Shown: positions 9,747 to 19,751 of the stretch, piece after piece | Layout of the letters: every line of letters starts with the position of its first letter | Numbering within the stretch: position 1 is the first letter of the stretch | Made by a program: the position numbers and the translations under genes | Assembly (NCBI GenBank): GCA_963668695.2 | Contig: CAXXLQ010000004.1 | Span: forward strand, 1,952,001 to 2,016,000 | Direction of reading: 5' to 3' | Source: Vicinamibacteria bacterium | GTDB taxonomy: Bacteria > Acidobacteriota > Vicinamibacteria > Marinacidobacterales > Marinacidobacteraceae | DNA length: 64,000 bases | The notes under the pieces: model-generated | Database searches by the model: none | Seen by the model: only the letters and a program-made list of their open reading frames with translations | What the model was told of the DNA's origin: nothing

Positions 9747-11194
9747 GGTTCCCCCTCGGGTATCACCCGGTCCAGGATCGCATCCGGATCGGTTTCCCCG
9801 CTTTCGTCCTGAAGCTCGCGGCTGCGGTCGAGGATACGCCCGACGGCCTTGCCGGGCGCGATGTTGCGCGCCAACACGTGCCGTCCGCTGACGGCGTCCG
9901 CCGGCGGCTCACGGAACACCCCGGCCAGTTCGGCCTGCTCCCGGAAGATCGCGCCTTCCGGAAACCGGCCGGCGAGCGCCGCCTCCGTAGTCCGGCCGAG
10001 CTGATCCGCGGTCGCAACCCGCAAGAGGGCCTCCATCGTCGTCCCGGCTGCCACCACCTCGCGGGCCAGCCGGCGGTAGGCGGCCCGTTTCGCACCCTGC
10101 CGTGGGTAAAACGCCGGAGCCAGGTGGCGGCGGGTCAGCGCTTCGACCTCGTCCACCAGCGCGCGCGGCGCCCGCAACCCCTCCAGAAAACGCCTGGCGA
10201 TGGGTGCTCCAACGGCGTCGTGGGCGTAAGCCGTGATGCGTCCGCGCCGCTCCCGGGTGGTGGCGGGCTTGCCGAAGTCATGGCAAAGGGTCGCAAAGAG
10301 CAGGGCCCGCCGCGCCTCGGGGTCCTCGGGGCAGAGCTCCACGGCCCGGTCCAGGGCCAGCAGGGTGTGCTCGAACACATCCCCCTCGGGATGCCACCCG
10401 GGATCCTGGGGAATGCCGCGGAGGGCGTCCACTTCGGGCAGGAAGCGCAGGAGTCCGGTGGCGGCCAGGAACCGGAAGCCGCGCGATGGTTCCCTGCCGT
10501 GGAGGAGCTTTGCGAGTTCGTCCCGGATCCGCTCGGGGCTCAGCTCGGAGAGGTCGAGCTCGGAACAGAGGCGGTGCAGCTCGGTGTCCGCCGTAAACGA
10601 GAAGCGGGAAGCGAATGCGGCGACCCGCAGTCCGCGCAGGGGATCCTCGGGGAATTTCGTGGAGTCGGTGGCCCGCATCACCCCGGCGGCGAGATCCCGG
10701 GCCCCGCCGTACGGGTCGAACAGCTCGCCGGTCAGAGGGTCGAGCCCGATGGCGTTCAGGGTGAGATCGCGGCGCCGGGCGGCATCCGCGAAGTTCATGT
10801 TGGGATCGACGACGACCTCGAAACCCAGGTGACCCGGCCCCGTCTTCGATTCGCGCCGCGGCAGAGCGACTTCCACGCCGAGGCCCCCGATGCGCAGCAC
10901 CGGAAAGGCGCGGCCGATCCGCCGCACCTTGCCGAGCCGCCGCAGCGCCCGCTCCAGATCCCGTACCGAAAGTCCGAACACCTCGAGGTCCGGCTCGCCC
11001 GTGGGGAGGGACAGCATCCCGTCGCGGACGAAGCCCCCAACCACCACAGTGCGTCCGCCGGCGCGGCGGACGGCGAGGGCAACCCGGCGCGCGTCCCCGG
11101 CGCCGCCGGCGGCCTCATCGGGGATCGGGCCTACCGGCGCGAGTTGGAAACGGGCCGGTTCCGACCCCCCGGCGTGCTCGTCTCGCCGCGTCAA
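9743..11194 (-). CDS. cca: CCA tRNA nucleotidyltransferase with HD domain
   Basis: VVGGFVRD, RRRDLTLNA, EDPLRGLR, SPERI, HPEGDVFEHT and CHDFGK motifs. Confidence 0.88.
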   Translation of the reverse strand: MTRRDEHAGGSEPARFQLAPVGPIPDEAAGGAGDARRVALAVRRAGGRTVVVGGFVRDGMLSLPTGEPDLEVFGLSVRDLERALRRLGKVRRIGRAFPVLRIGGLGVEVALPRRESKTGPGHLGFEVVVDPNMNFADAARRRDLTLNAIGLDPLTGELFDPYGGARDLAAGVMRATDSTKFPEDPLRGLRVAAFASRFSFTADTELHRLCSELDLSELSPERIRDELAKLLHGREPSRGFRFLAATGLLRFLPEVDALRGIPQDPGWHPEGDVFEHTLLALDRAVELCPEDPEARRALLFATLCHDFGKPATTRERRGRITAYAHDAVGAPIARRFLEGLRAPRALVDEVEALTRRHLAPAFYPRQGAKRAAYRRLAREVVAAGTTMEALLRVATADQLGRTTEAALAGRFPEGAIFREQAELAGVFREPPADAVSGRHVLARNIAPGKAVGRILDRSRELQDESGETDPDAILDRVIPEGEP

Positions 11195-11210
11195 GAACCG
11201 AGCTGGGTGG

Positions 11211-11693
11211 TCAGTTGGAAGATCCGCCGGATTCTGCCCAGGCGACCGGATCGCCGATCCGGATCGTTCCGCCGTTCACCACTTCCCCGAACGCGCCGGC
11301 CCTCCAGTCGGGGGAGAGCGTCTCGCGCAGGCGGAGGGCGGCGGCGTCCATCCGTTCACATGGCTTCGTTTCCCCATGAATCAGGATCCGCGTCTCGCCG
11401 ACCGTGAGCGTGCGGCCGATGGTCTCCCGAAAATCAACGCCGGTCACCAACAGGTTGGCCCGGCGAAGCGCCGGGTCCATTTCGGGCTGCGCGGCCTCGA
11501 CCGCGGCGCGTTCCCAGGCTTCCCGCGACAGGACAGTCACCTGCCGCTTGCCTCGGGCGGGCGCGGAACCGCGGAGTCCCTCCCCGGCGATCAGCTCCCC
11601 TTCGGATCGGGGGATCATGGGTTCGCCGCGGGCTCCCTTGGCCCAGATGGCGAGCAGGCTGCCGGATTCGCGGTGACTGGATGAATCTTGCAT
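11211..11693 (-). CDS. MOSC domain protein
   Basis: RQVTVLS, RRANLLVTG, GETKPCERM and GTIRIGD motifs. Confidence 0.85.
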   Translation of the reverse strand: MQDSSSHRESGSLLAIWAKGARGEPMIPRSEGELIAGEGLRGSAPARGKRQVTVLSREAWERAAVEAAQPEMDPALRRANLLVTGVDFRETIGRTLTVGETRILIHGETKPCERMDAAALRLRETLSPDWRAGAFGEVVNGGTIRIGDPVAWAESGGSSN

Positions 11694-11882
11694 GGTGGTC
11701 TTTCGGGCGGGCGGCTCGGCCGAGCCGCAATCCTACCGCTCCACCCGGTTGCCCGGGGGTGGAATCGACCCGCCGGCGCTCTCGCGGCGAGGAGCGTCAT
11801 CATTCCCGGTCTCGGCCGGTCGCGGCTCCGGAGGAGAGCCCTCCCGGGCCGTGAACCGGCCCGCATCGAAGGAGGATTTCGC

Positions 11883-12977
11883 TTGCGCGTCGCCGCTCTC
11901 ACGTCCGGAGGAGTGGACAGCTCTGTCGCGCTTGCCCGGCTGGCGCAGGCGGGCCACGACGTGCATGCCTTCTATCTGAAGGTCTGGCTCGAGGACGAAC
12001 TCGAACACCTCGGGGAGTGTCCGTGGGAAGACGATCTCCGCTACGCCCGCGCAGTCGCCGGGCAGTTCGGGGTGCCGCTGACCGTGATCCCCCTGCAGCG
12101 CGCCTACCGGGAGAGTGTCGTCGCCTATCTGCTCGAGGAACTCGAGCGCGGCGGCACCCCCAGTCCCGACCTGTTCTGCAACTCGCGGATCAAATTCGGC
12201 GCCTTCGCCGACTGGGTGGACGCCGAGATTCCGGGCGGCCGTTTCGAGAGGCTGGCGACGGGCCACTACGCGCGGCGGGTGGAGACCGCGGACGGAATCG
12301 AACTGCACCGCGCGCCCGATCCGGTGAAGGACCAGACCTACTTCCTTTCGCGCATCAGCCTCGGCCAGCTCGAGCGCTCGTTGTTCCCGGTGGGTGACCT
12401 GCACAAGACCGAGGTCCGGGAGATCGCCGCCCAACTCCGATTGGCCCCGCAGGACCGCCGCGACAGCCAGGGCATCTGCTTCCTCGGGGGCGTTCGCTAC
12501 CGGGACTTCGTCACTGCCCACCTGGGCAACCGGGAAGGTCCGGTCGTGGACGAAACGACCGGCGACGAGATCGGCACCCACCGGGGGCACTGGTTGTTCA
12601 CGACTGGCCAGCGGCGCGGTCTCGGCCTGTCGGGAGGGCCCTGGTTCGTCGCCGGGAAGGATCCGGCGACGAACCGGGTGATCGTGCGCCGGGGCGTCGG
12701 CCGGCCCGCGAGCCGCTTCCGCCTCGAGGAACTTCACTGGATCGGGGCCGGCGCGTCCTCCGGTGCGGAACGGCTTCTGGTGCGGGTGCGACACGGACCC
12801 GAACTTGCCCCGGCCCGGGTCTGCTGGGACGAGACGGGGGCAGGGGAGGTCGTCCTCGACCAACCGGACGAGGGCATCGCCCCCGGGCAGTTCGCGGTGC
12901 TCTACCGGGGTGCGCGCTGCCTCGGATCGGGGCGGATTCAGGCGCCGGAAGCCGGCACGATGTCACGACAGGCGTAA
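11883..12977 (+). CDS. mnmA: tRNA 2-thiouridine(34) synthase
   Basis: SGGVDSSV, PSPDLFCNSRIKF, ATGHYA, KDQTYFL, DSQGICF, TTGQRRGL and APGQ motifs; start set at TTG 11883 behind GGAGG. Confidence 0.95.
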   Translation: MRVAALTSGGVDSSVALARLAQAGHDVHAFYLKVWLEDELEHLGECPWEDDLRYARAVAGQFGVPLTVIPLQRAYRESVVAYLLEELERGGTPSPDLFCNSRIKFGAFADWVDAEIPGGRFERLATGHYARRVETADGIELHRAPDPVKDQTYFLSRISLGQLERSLFPVGDLHKTEVREIAAQLRLAPQDRRDSQGICFLGGVRYRDFVTAHLGNREGPVVDETTGDEIGTHRGHWLFTTGQRRGLGLSGGPWFVAGKDPATNRVIVRRGVGRPASRFRLEELHWIGAGASSGAERLLVRVRHGPELAPARVCWDETGAGEVVLDQPDEGIAPGQFAVLYRGARCLGSGRIQAPEAGTMSRQA

Positions 12978-13558
12978 ACAACCGCCGGCGGCACGTTCTT
13001 CCAGACCACCGAACCACGCTCGACGGTCCGGAATCGCGCGTGGAGGAGCCGTAAGAACGGCGAACGCCGCCAGAAAGGCAGCGCCTGGACATAGATGTAG
13101 AAGAGCAGTTGTCCGTCGGGGGTCAGGGTGTCCAGGATCGCCTCCAGCATGCTGGCCTGTTTGTCCTCGGGGACTACGGACCAGGGAAGCGTCGCCACCA
13201 CCACCCCCACTTCGCCGACGTTTTCGCTGGCGCAGATGGAACACAGGTTGACGAGGTCGTCCACCACCACCTTCAGGTCGGGTATCCGGCGCGCGAGGGC
13301 ATGCGCGCACGTCTGGTTGAGTTCAACCGCGAGGAACGGCGTACCCGCTGGTTTCGCTGCCAGCAGATGTTCCGTGATGGCGCCATCTCCCGGTCCGGCT
13401 TCGATGACCGCGGCCCGTTCGGGCCAGCGGACCGCCTCGGCCATGGCGATACCGAGCGCCGGCGAGCTGCGCCGGAGGGCGCCGACCTCGCGGGGCCGGG
13501 CCACGAATTGCCGGAAGATGGGCGAGTCCGCCGGCGCGGTTCCGTCCTGCTTGGGCAT
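12938..13558 (-). CDS. Class I SAM-dependent methyltransferase (phospholipid N-methyltransferase-like)
   Basis: PREVGAL..SS, VIEAGPGDGAIT and VWKNVPPAVVY, typical of PmtA-like proteins. Confidence 0.78.
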   Translation of the reverse strand: MPKQDGTAPADSPIFRQFVARPREVGALRRSSPALGIAMAEAVRWPERAAVIEAGPGDGAITEHLLAAKPAGTPFLAVELNQTCAHALARRIPDLKVVVDDLVNLCSICASENVGEVGVVVATLPWSVVPEDKQASMLEAILDTLTPDGQLLFYIYVQALPFWRRSPFLRLLHARFRTVERGSVVWKNVPPAVVYACRDIVPASGA

Positions 13559-13579
13559 GCTCGCGCCGGGCGCCGTCTA

Positions 13580-13712
13580 GCAGCCTGTGGATGAAGTGGC
13601 GAGAGCGCCGAGAGCGCCAGTTCTCCCGGTGGGCGGGCGCTTCAGCCGGGATGGATCGCCGCTCGAGCCCCCACCGGGAGAACTGGGCCGCGTGACTTTG
13701 TCCACAGGCTGC
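13580..13712 (+). mobile_element. Short internally deleted MITE-like element (family A)
   Basis: TA|GCAGCCTGTGGATGAAGT...ACTTTGTCCACAGGCTGC|TA; right end completes the TAG of the CoA-binding gene. Confidence 0.85.
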
Positions 13713-14236
13713 TAGGCTCGCCTCGCGGTGATGCGCTGGGTCGTGAACCCGAGCCAGTGGAGCCTCCCCAGGTGCCGTGCGTGTTCGACCTTCATGCAGC
13801 GGTCCATGACGACTTCCAGCCCGAGTGCCCGGGCCCGTTCGGCGGCGTCGTGGTGGATGACTCCATACTGCAGCCAGATGGCCTTGGCCTTGCCGGCGCA
13901 CTCCTCGACGATGCCGGGGACCGCTGCCGGGGCCCGGAAGACGTTCACGATGTCCACGGGCTCCTCGATTGCCGCGACGCTCGGATAGCACCGTTCTCCC
14001 AGGATCTCCGACTCCCGGGGATTGACGGGGATCACTCGGTAACCGTTCCGTTGCAGGTAGAAGCCCACGAAATAACTGGCTCGCAGTTCCTTCGGAGAGA
14101 GTCCGACGACGGCTACGGTCCGGGCCTCGGTCAGCAAACGTCGGATGGCTCCGGCATCCTGGTACTGGCCGAGGTCCGGTCCCGACCCGTTCCCGGGTGC
14201 GCGGGGTGGGAGTTCGCCGGCGATTACAGGGGACAT
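13712..14236 (-). CDS. CoA-binding protein (YccU-like)
   Basis: VAVVGLSPKELRAS, GYRVIPVNP, VDIVNVFR, IWLQYG and MDRCMKVEH motifs. Confidence 0.9.
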   Translation of the reverse strand: MSPVIAGELPPRAPGNGSGPDLGQYQDAGAIRRLLTEARTVAVVGLSPKELRASYFVGFYLQRNGYRVIPVNPRESEILGERCYPSVAAIEEPVDIVNVFRAPAAVPGIVEECAGKAKAIWLQYGVIHHDAAERARALGLEVVMDRCMKVEHARHLGRLHWLGFTTQRITARRA

Positions 14237-15585
14237 GCCGCAGCCTCCTCGGTTGACGTTTCATGGTCGCCGGAAGATGTCGCGCTCGCCGCTTCCAGCC
14301 CGCGGGTCAGATCCCAGATGAGATCGTCTGGATCTTCGATCCCGATCGAGAGCCGAATGGTCCCCGGCGAAATGCCGGCGCCCCGCAGTTCGGCGTCGTC
14401 GAGCTGCCGGTGGGTCGTGCTCGCCGGATGGATCACCAGGCTCTTCGCGTCTCCGACGTTCGCGAGGTGGGAAAAGAGGTTGAGTTCCCCGATGAACCGT
14501 GCTCCGGCGTCTCTACCGCCCTTCAGGTTGAAGGAGAAGACCGCTCCCGCTCCCCGGGGAAGGTATTTGGCGGTTAGCGAGGCGTAACGGCTCCCGGGAA
14601 GCCCCGGGTGGGCCACCGTCTCGACTTCCGCCTGCCCTTCCAGGAAGGTCGCGATTCTCAGGGCGTTCGCCGTATGGCGCTCCATGCGGAGCGGCAAGGT
14701 CTCGACTCCGAGCGCGAAGAGGAAGGCGTTGAACGGCGACAGGCAGGCGCCGAGGTCCCGAAGCGTCTCCGCGCGGAGCTTCATCAAGAACCCGTACTCC
14801 CCGAAGGTGGCCTGAAACGCGAGCCCGTGGTACGCGGGGGACGGATCCGCGATTCCCGGAAACTTGCCGTTGTCCCAGGGGAAGCGCCCCGACTCCACCA
14901 CGACGCCGCCGATGCTGGTCCCGTGGCCGCCGATGAACTTGGTGGTGGAGTGGACCACGAGGTCGGCTCCCCATTCGAGGGGCCGGCAGAGGTAGGGGGT
15001 GGCGAAGGTGCTGTCCACCATGAGGGGAACCCCGTTTTGGTGCGCGACGTCCGCCACGGCCTCGATGTCGAGGACGTTGCCGCCTGGGTTGCCGATGGTT
15101 TCGCCGAAGAGCAGACGGGTTTCCGGACGCACCGCGTCCTTCCAGGCTTCGAGGCGGTCCGGGTCCACGAAGGTGACTTCGTATCCGAGCTTCCGTTCGA
15201 GATGCTTGATCTGGGTGAGGGTGCCGCCGTAGAGCGCGCGGGACGCCACCACGTGGTCGCCGGGCTGCAGCGCGGTGAAGAACGCGGCCGCCTGGGCGGC
15301 GAGCCCGGACGCAAAGGCCACCGCACCCACCCCGCCCTCGAGATTCGCGATCCGCTCTTCGAAGGCGGCCACGGTGGGGTTCATGATCCGCGAATACGTG
15401 TTCCCGTATTCCTGCAGGTTGAAGTAGGCCGCCGCCGCATCGGGATCCTCGAAGACGTAGCTGGTTGTCTGGAAGATCGGGGTGGCGCGCGCCCCGGTGT
15501 ATGGCTCGGGCCGGGCGCCGGCGTGCACCGCCCGGGTGGCAAAACCGAACCCGCGGGTTTCGGCTCCGACTTCTTTCTCGGTCAT
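14224..15585 (-). CDS. metY: O-acetylhomoserine aminocarboxypropyltransferase (sulfhydrylase)
   Basis: PIFQTTSY, YSRIMNPT, HSTTKFIGGHG, ETLPLRMERH and LANVGDAKSLVIHPASTTH motifs. Confidence 0.92.
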   Translation of the reverse strand: MTEKEVGAETRGFGFATRAVHAGARPEPYTGARATPIFQTTSYVFEDPDAAAAYFNLQEYGNTYSRIMNPTVAAFEERIANLEGGVGAVAFASGLAAQAAAFFTALQPGDHVVASRALYGGTLTQIKHLERKLGYEVTFVDPDRLEAWKDAVRPETRLLFGETIGNPGGNVLDIEAVADVAHQNGVPLMVDSTFATPYLCRPLEWGADLVVHSTTKFIGGHGTSIGGVVVESGRFPWDNGKFPGIADPSPAYHGLAFQATFGEYGFLMKLRAETLRDLGACLSPFNAFLFALGVETLPLRMERHTANALRIATFLEGQAEVETVAHPGLPGSRYASLTAKYLPRGAGAVFSFNLKGGRDAGARFIGELNLFSHLANVGDAKSLVIHPASTTHRQLDDAELRGAGISPGTIRLSIGIEDPDDLIWDLTRGLEAASATSSGDHETSTEEAAACPL

Positions 15586-16808
15586 GGGGCGTCTGCTTTC
15601 TCCGGAAGATTCAGGAATCCGCGAACGAGGGGGGTCATCCGACCCGCTTCCAGCAGGAAGGAGTCATGTCCGTACGTCGTCTCGATCTCGTGATGAACCA
15701 CGCTCTTTCGGCGGGCCTTGAGCGCCGCGGCGAGTTTTCGGGAATCGCGGGAAGGGTATAGCCAATCCGAGGAGAAGGAGAGGAGGAGGGTGCGGCAACG
15801 GAATCGGTCCACGGCCGCTTCGAGATCTCCCGCTCCGTAGCGTTTCGCCAGATCGAACCGGGTGAGCGCCCACGACAGGAGCAGATAGGCGTTGGCGTCA
15901 AACCGCCGGTTGAATTTCGCGGCCTGGTGGACGAGGTAGGACTCCACCTGGAAGTCCGCGGCGAGGAGGTCGCCGGCGAAGTCTTGCCGGCCCTGGAGCC
16001 CGCGGCCGAACTTGGCGTCCATGCCGGGCGCCGAGACGTAGGTCAGATGTCCCACCATGCGGGCGATGGCGAGACCGTGGAACGGTCGCGTTCCCTGTTC
16101 CGCGTAGCGGCCGGCGCGCCACTGGGGGTCGGCCGTGATGGCGCTCCTCGCGATCCAGCTCCAGCCGATGCCCTGCGCCGACAGGCCGGCGGTGCTCGCG
16201 ACCGCGACGACGGCGTCCACCTCGTCCGGGTAGGCCGCCGCCCACTCGAGTCCCTGCATGCCTCCGAGCGAACCGCCCGCGATGCCCCGGAGCCGCCGGA
16301 CTCCAAGTTCGTGCAGGCCGGCGCGGGAAGCACGGACGAGGTCCCCCACGGTGACCACCGGAAAGTCGGGTCCGTAGGGTCGGCCGGTGTCCGGGTTCGG
16401 GCTCAGCGGACCCGTGGTGCCGCCGCAGCCGCCCAGCAGGCTCAGGCAGACCACCTGGAAGCGACCGGTGTCGAACGCCTTGCCGGGACCGATCATGGGA
16501 TCCCACCAGCCGAGTCCCTCACTCTCGGCGCCGTCCCCGGCGCCGAACCCGTCCACCGCCGATTCGCGTCCGCCCCCCCGTCCTGCCGCGTGCGCGTCGG
16601 CCGAGAGCGCGGGGCAGATCAGGACGGTGTTTGCACCGTCCGGGTCGGGTTCTCCCCATGTTTCACAGGCGATTTCCAGATGGGGAAGGACGGCGCCACT
16701 TTCGAGAGGAAAGGGCCCGGGCGGTGTGAGGAGAAGCCGGCGATGCGGCGAAGCGTTCGCTGGTACCTCCCAGGGCTCCCGCCTGAGACGGCCGGCGGCC
16801 GGGATCAC
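15582..16808 (-). CDS. metX: Homoserine O-acyltransferase
   Basis: GWWDPMIGPGKAFDT, GGSLGGMQ, RFDANAY, SSDWLYP and YGHDSFL motifs; start set at GTG overlapping the upstream TGA. Confidence 0.9.
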   Translation of the reverse strand: MIPAAGRLRREPWEVPANASPHRRLLLTPPGPFPLESGAVLPHLEIACETWGEPDPDGANTVLICPALSADAHAAGRGGGRESAVDGFGAGDGAESEGLGWWDPMIGPGKAFDTGRFQVVCLSLLGGCGGTTGPLSPNPDTGRPYGPDFPVVTVGDLVRASRAGLHELGVRRLRGIAGGSLGGMQGLEWAAAYPDEVDAVVAVASTAGLSAQGIGWSWIARSAITADPQWRAGRYAEQGTRPFHGLAIARMVGHLTYVSAPGMDAKFGRGLQGRQDFAGDLLAADFQVESYLVHQAAKFNRRFDANAYLLLSWALTRFDLAKRYGAGDLEAAVDRFRCRTLLLSFSSDWLYPSRDSRKLAAALKARRKSVVHHEIETTYGHDSFLLEAGRMTPLVRGFLNLPEKADAP

Positions 16809-17560
16809 GACCGAAGCCACAGCGCGACCGCAAAGGCCAGGGTCGCCCCCGCTACCACGAACCGCAGGATCCGGTCGCCGGCCCGCAGGGTCAGCCGGGC
16901 GCCGACGAGGGCCCCGCCGAAGGTTCCGAGGCCGAGGGTGAGCCCGACGCCCCAATCCACCACCCCATTCATGGCGAAGACCGCGAGAGACACGATGGAG
17001 AACAGGAAGATGCAGGCGACCTTGATGGCGTTCCCGGCGACGAGTCCGTACCCGGCCCAGCTGGTGGCCCCGAGGGACAAGAACCCGACCCCTGCCTGGA
17101 CGAATCCGCCGTAGAACCCGACGACGACGAATCCCGCGAGGAGTCCCGGCCCTACCCGGGGGGTGCCGCCTTCCCTCGTGGGGGCGCTCAGGTGGAGGAG
17201 TGGGAACAGGGTGAACAGCACCATTACGATGGACAGGAAGCGCAGGAATGCGGCCTCGCCGATATGCACTGCCAGGGTGCTCCCGAGCCCCGCGCCCACG
17301 ATTGCCACCGCCCCCAGCCGGGTCATTACCGAAACCGGAATCACATCGGCGCGGCGGAAAGCCGCGGTGGCGCCCGCGGTCTGAATCAGGATTGCGAGCC
17401 GATTCGTTCCATTGGCCACGTTGTGGGGCAGACCCATGAAGATGAGCAAGGGCAGGGTGAGGAACGACCCGCCTCCGGCGACCACGTTGAGCGCCCCCGC
17501 GACGAAGCCCACCGGAATGAGCAACAGGGCGGGGAGGAGCGAATCAGCGATCGTCGCCAC
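16805..17560 (-). CDS. Sulfite exporter TauE/SafE family membrane protein
   Basis: NVVAGGGSFLTLP, ANGTNR and GFYGGFVQAGVG motifs. Confidence 0.85.
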   Translation of the reverse strand: MATIADSLLPALLLIPVGFVAGALNVVAGGGSFLTLPLLIFMGLPHNVANGTNRLAILIQTAGATAAFRRADVIPVSVMTRLGAVAIVGAGLGSTLAVHIGEAAFLRFLSIVMVLFTLFPLLHLSAPTREGGTPRVGPGLLAGFVVVGFYGGFVQAGVGFLSLGATSWAGYGLVAGNAIKVACIFLFSIVSLAVFAMNGVVDWGVGLTLGLGTFGGALVGARLTLRAGDRILRFVVAGATLAFAVALWLRS

Positions 17561-17969
17561 CTTCCGAGGTCCGGCAGAACTCGAGCGCCGCGGAGTTGAT
17601 GCACCAGCGCTGCCCGGTCTCCTCGGGCGGGCCGTCCGGGAACACGTGGCCGAGGTGGGCGTCGCATCGTGCGCAGGTCGCTTCCGTGCGCACCATTCCG
17701 AGGCTCCGGTCCACCGAGGTCGCGATCGTTTCCTGTTCCGCAGGCCGGGTGAAGCTGGGCCAGCCGCTCCCGGAGTCGTACTTGTCTGCTGAAGAGAAGA
17801 GGAGGGCGCCACAGCACACGCAGCGGTATTCCCCGGCCGCGTGGTTCTGATAGTGAGCCCCGCTAGAGGGTGGTTCGGTGGCGCCCTGACGGGTGACGGC
17901 GAACTGTTCCGGGGTCAGCCGGGCCCGCCATTCGGCGTTGGTCTTTTGGGTCTTTTCGTTGTTGCTCAT
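17544..17969 (-). CDS. msrB: Peptide-methionine (R)-S-oxide reductase
   Basis: GATEPP, YRCVCC, KYDSGSGWPSF, CARCDAHLGHVFPDGP and RWCINS motifs. Confidence 0.96.
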   Translation of the reverse strand: MSNNEKTQKTNAEWRARLTPEQFAVTRQGATEPPSSGAHYQNHAAGEYRCVCCGALLFSSADKYDSGSGWPSFTRPAEQETIATSVDRSLGMVRTEATCARCDAHLGHVFPDGPPEETGQRWCINSAALEFCRTSEGGDDR

Positions 17970-18169
17970 ACGGTATCGGGGGGTCTATTCGGCGTTGGAT
18001 CGCTTGGTGTTTGCTGGGTTCGCGATGGTTTTTGTCCTCGGCAGCCGGTGGCGTGAATCTGCCAGCGTCAACTCGCGGCGCGGAGCGCCGCAGGGGTGGG
18101 GTGCGGGGAGGAGTTTCCCCTCCCCGCGAAAAAGGGTGACGCGAAGTGCCCAGCGCTTCGCGCCACCAT

Positions 18170-18467
18170 CAGCCGGTGGGCAGAGTGGCGAGAGCGGCCA
18201 GTCCTCCCGGTGGGGGCGAGGCGCCCGGCTGACAAGGCGCGCGAGGGAGGAGCCCCCACCGGGAGAACTGGCCCGGGTGTATTTCGACCGAAGCGCAACG
18301 ATGAGCCGCGCGGAGCGGGGCAGTTCAGCCGGGATGCATCGCCGCTCGCTTCCGGAGCGGGGCGCGGGCACCGCGGAGACCCCGGAGCGGAAGGGACGGG
18401 GGACGGGGCCACTCGACCCCCATCCCTTCTGGCTCGGGAATGCCACGGGACTCTGTCTACAGGCTGC
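18170..18467 (+). mobile_element. MITE-like element, long subfamily A2
   Basis: Family-A left half plus extra GACCCCGGAGCGGAAGGGACGGGGG... module; ends CAGCCGGTGG...CTACAGGCTGC. Confidence 0.75.
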
Positions 18468-18562
18468 TTGCCGGTGGGGAAAGCGCCCGGCATCCCGGAC
18501 CGCCGGCTCTGTCGTGTCCTCCTTGCTTGCGTGATGCGGGGCGCTTTGTCCATGGGCGGTCA

Positions 18563-18798
18563 ACAGCCTGTGGTGGAGCCCGGGTGAGCGCCGAGAGCGG
18601 CCAGTCCTCCCGGTGGGGGCGAGGCGCCCGGCTGACAAGGCGCGTGAGGGAGGAGCCCCCACCGGGAGAACTGGCCCGAGTGTATTTCGACCGAAACGCA
18701 ACGCAGAGCGCCGCAAAGCGCCAGTTCTCCCGGTGGGGGGGCGGTTCAGGCGGGATGGATCGCCGCTCGAACGCCGCGTGGGTTTCACCACAGGCTGT
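18563..18798 (+). mobile_element. MITE-like element (family A)
   Basis: CA|ACAGCCTGTGG...CCACAGGCTGT|TA; right end overlaps the TAA of the small membrane gene. Confidence 0.85.
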
Positions 18799-18977
18799 TA
18801 ATCGGCGAACCAGGCGCGGCCGATGATGAGGAGCCAGTAGAGAATCAGCGAAACCACGAGAGCTCGTCCGAACTCCCGAAGTTTGTCCAGGAACCGTGCC
18901 TTGCGGGGTCCCGGCACGAGGGCGTAGATCGCGGTCGCGATGGTGGCGACGATGGCGAGGTTGCGAAACCGGATCAT
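18798..18977 (-). CDS. Small two-TM membrane protein (59 aa)
   Basis: MIRFRNLAIVATIATAIYALVPG...RALVVSLILYWLLIIGRAWFAD; two hydrophobic helices. Confidence 0.6.
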   Translation of the reverse strand: MIRFRNLAIVATIATAIYALVPGPRKARFLDKLREFGRALVVSLILYWLLIIGRAWFAD

Positions 18978-19195
18978 CGCCCGGGAGTCTGTCCGAAAAG
19001 AGGGATGGGCGCCCGCCCCATCCATGTTTCCGGACAGGCTCCCGGCCCATGATAGTGGCGCCCGCCCGGCAGCCGACCGATCCTCTCAATGGTTCGGTCG
19101 GACAAGTAGGCGGGCCGACCGGCGGGCCGACCGGCGGGCCGGTCAACTGGCCGGCTGTTGCGGGGACCGCGGTCCTGGTTCGCCTGGCGCTCGTA

Positions 19196-19574
19196 ACAGC
19201 CGGTGGTGGAACCCGGGTGAGCGCCGAGGCCGGCCAGTTCTCCCGGTGGGGGCGAGGCGCCCGGCTGACAAGGCGCGTGAGGGAGGAGCCCCCACCGGGA
19301 GAACTGGCCCGAGTGCATTTCGACCGAAACGCAACGATGAGCGGCGCGTAGCGACGCGGTTCAGCCGGGATGGATCGCCGGCCGAGCCCCCACCGGGAGA
19401 ACTGGGCCGCGCGGGTTCCATTGCAGGCTGTTCAGCCGGGATGGATCGCCGGCCGTTTCCGGAGCGGGGCGCAAGCACCGCGTAGACCCCGGAGCGGAAG
19501 GGACGGGGGCGGGACCACCCGACCCCCTTCCCTTCTTGGCTCGGGAACGCCGCCTGGGTTTCACCACCGGCTGT
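19196..19574 (+). mobile_element. MITE-like element, long subfamily A2 with duplicated right-end unit
   Basis: TA|ACAGCCGGTGG...CCACCGGCTGT|TA. Confidence 0.85.
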
Positions 19575-19751
19575 TAGCCCCGCCGCCGTCGTCGGCTCTT
19601 CGCCGGAGGGGGTGCTCCACCACTCGCAGAGCCGGACTGCTTCCCGCGCCGCGGCGGCGGCAGCGTCGCGGGACGATTCTCGAAGGTTATGATCCTGCCC
19701 GCCTCAGCGGTGGGTTTCGACCAGCGGGAGCCGCTGATCCGGGAGGAATTG

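Noticed and set aside
17544-17969. MsrB as a second selenoprotein
   Set aside because: The catalytic position is Cys (RWCINS) and the frame has no internal UGA.
17970-18170. SAM riboswitch or T-box ahead of the msrB-metX-metY cluster
   Set aside because: No recognisable SAM-I or T-box consensus by eye; the hairpins present belong to repeats.
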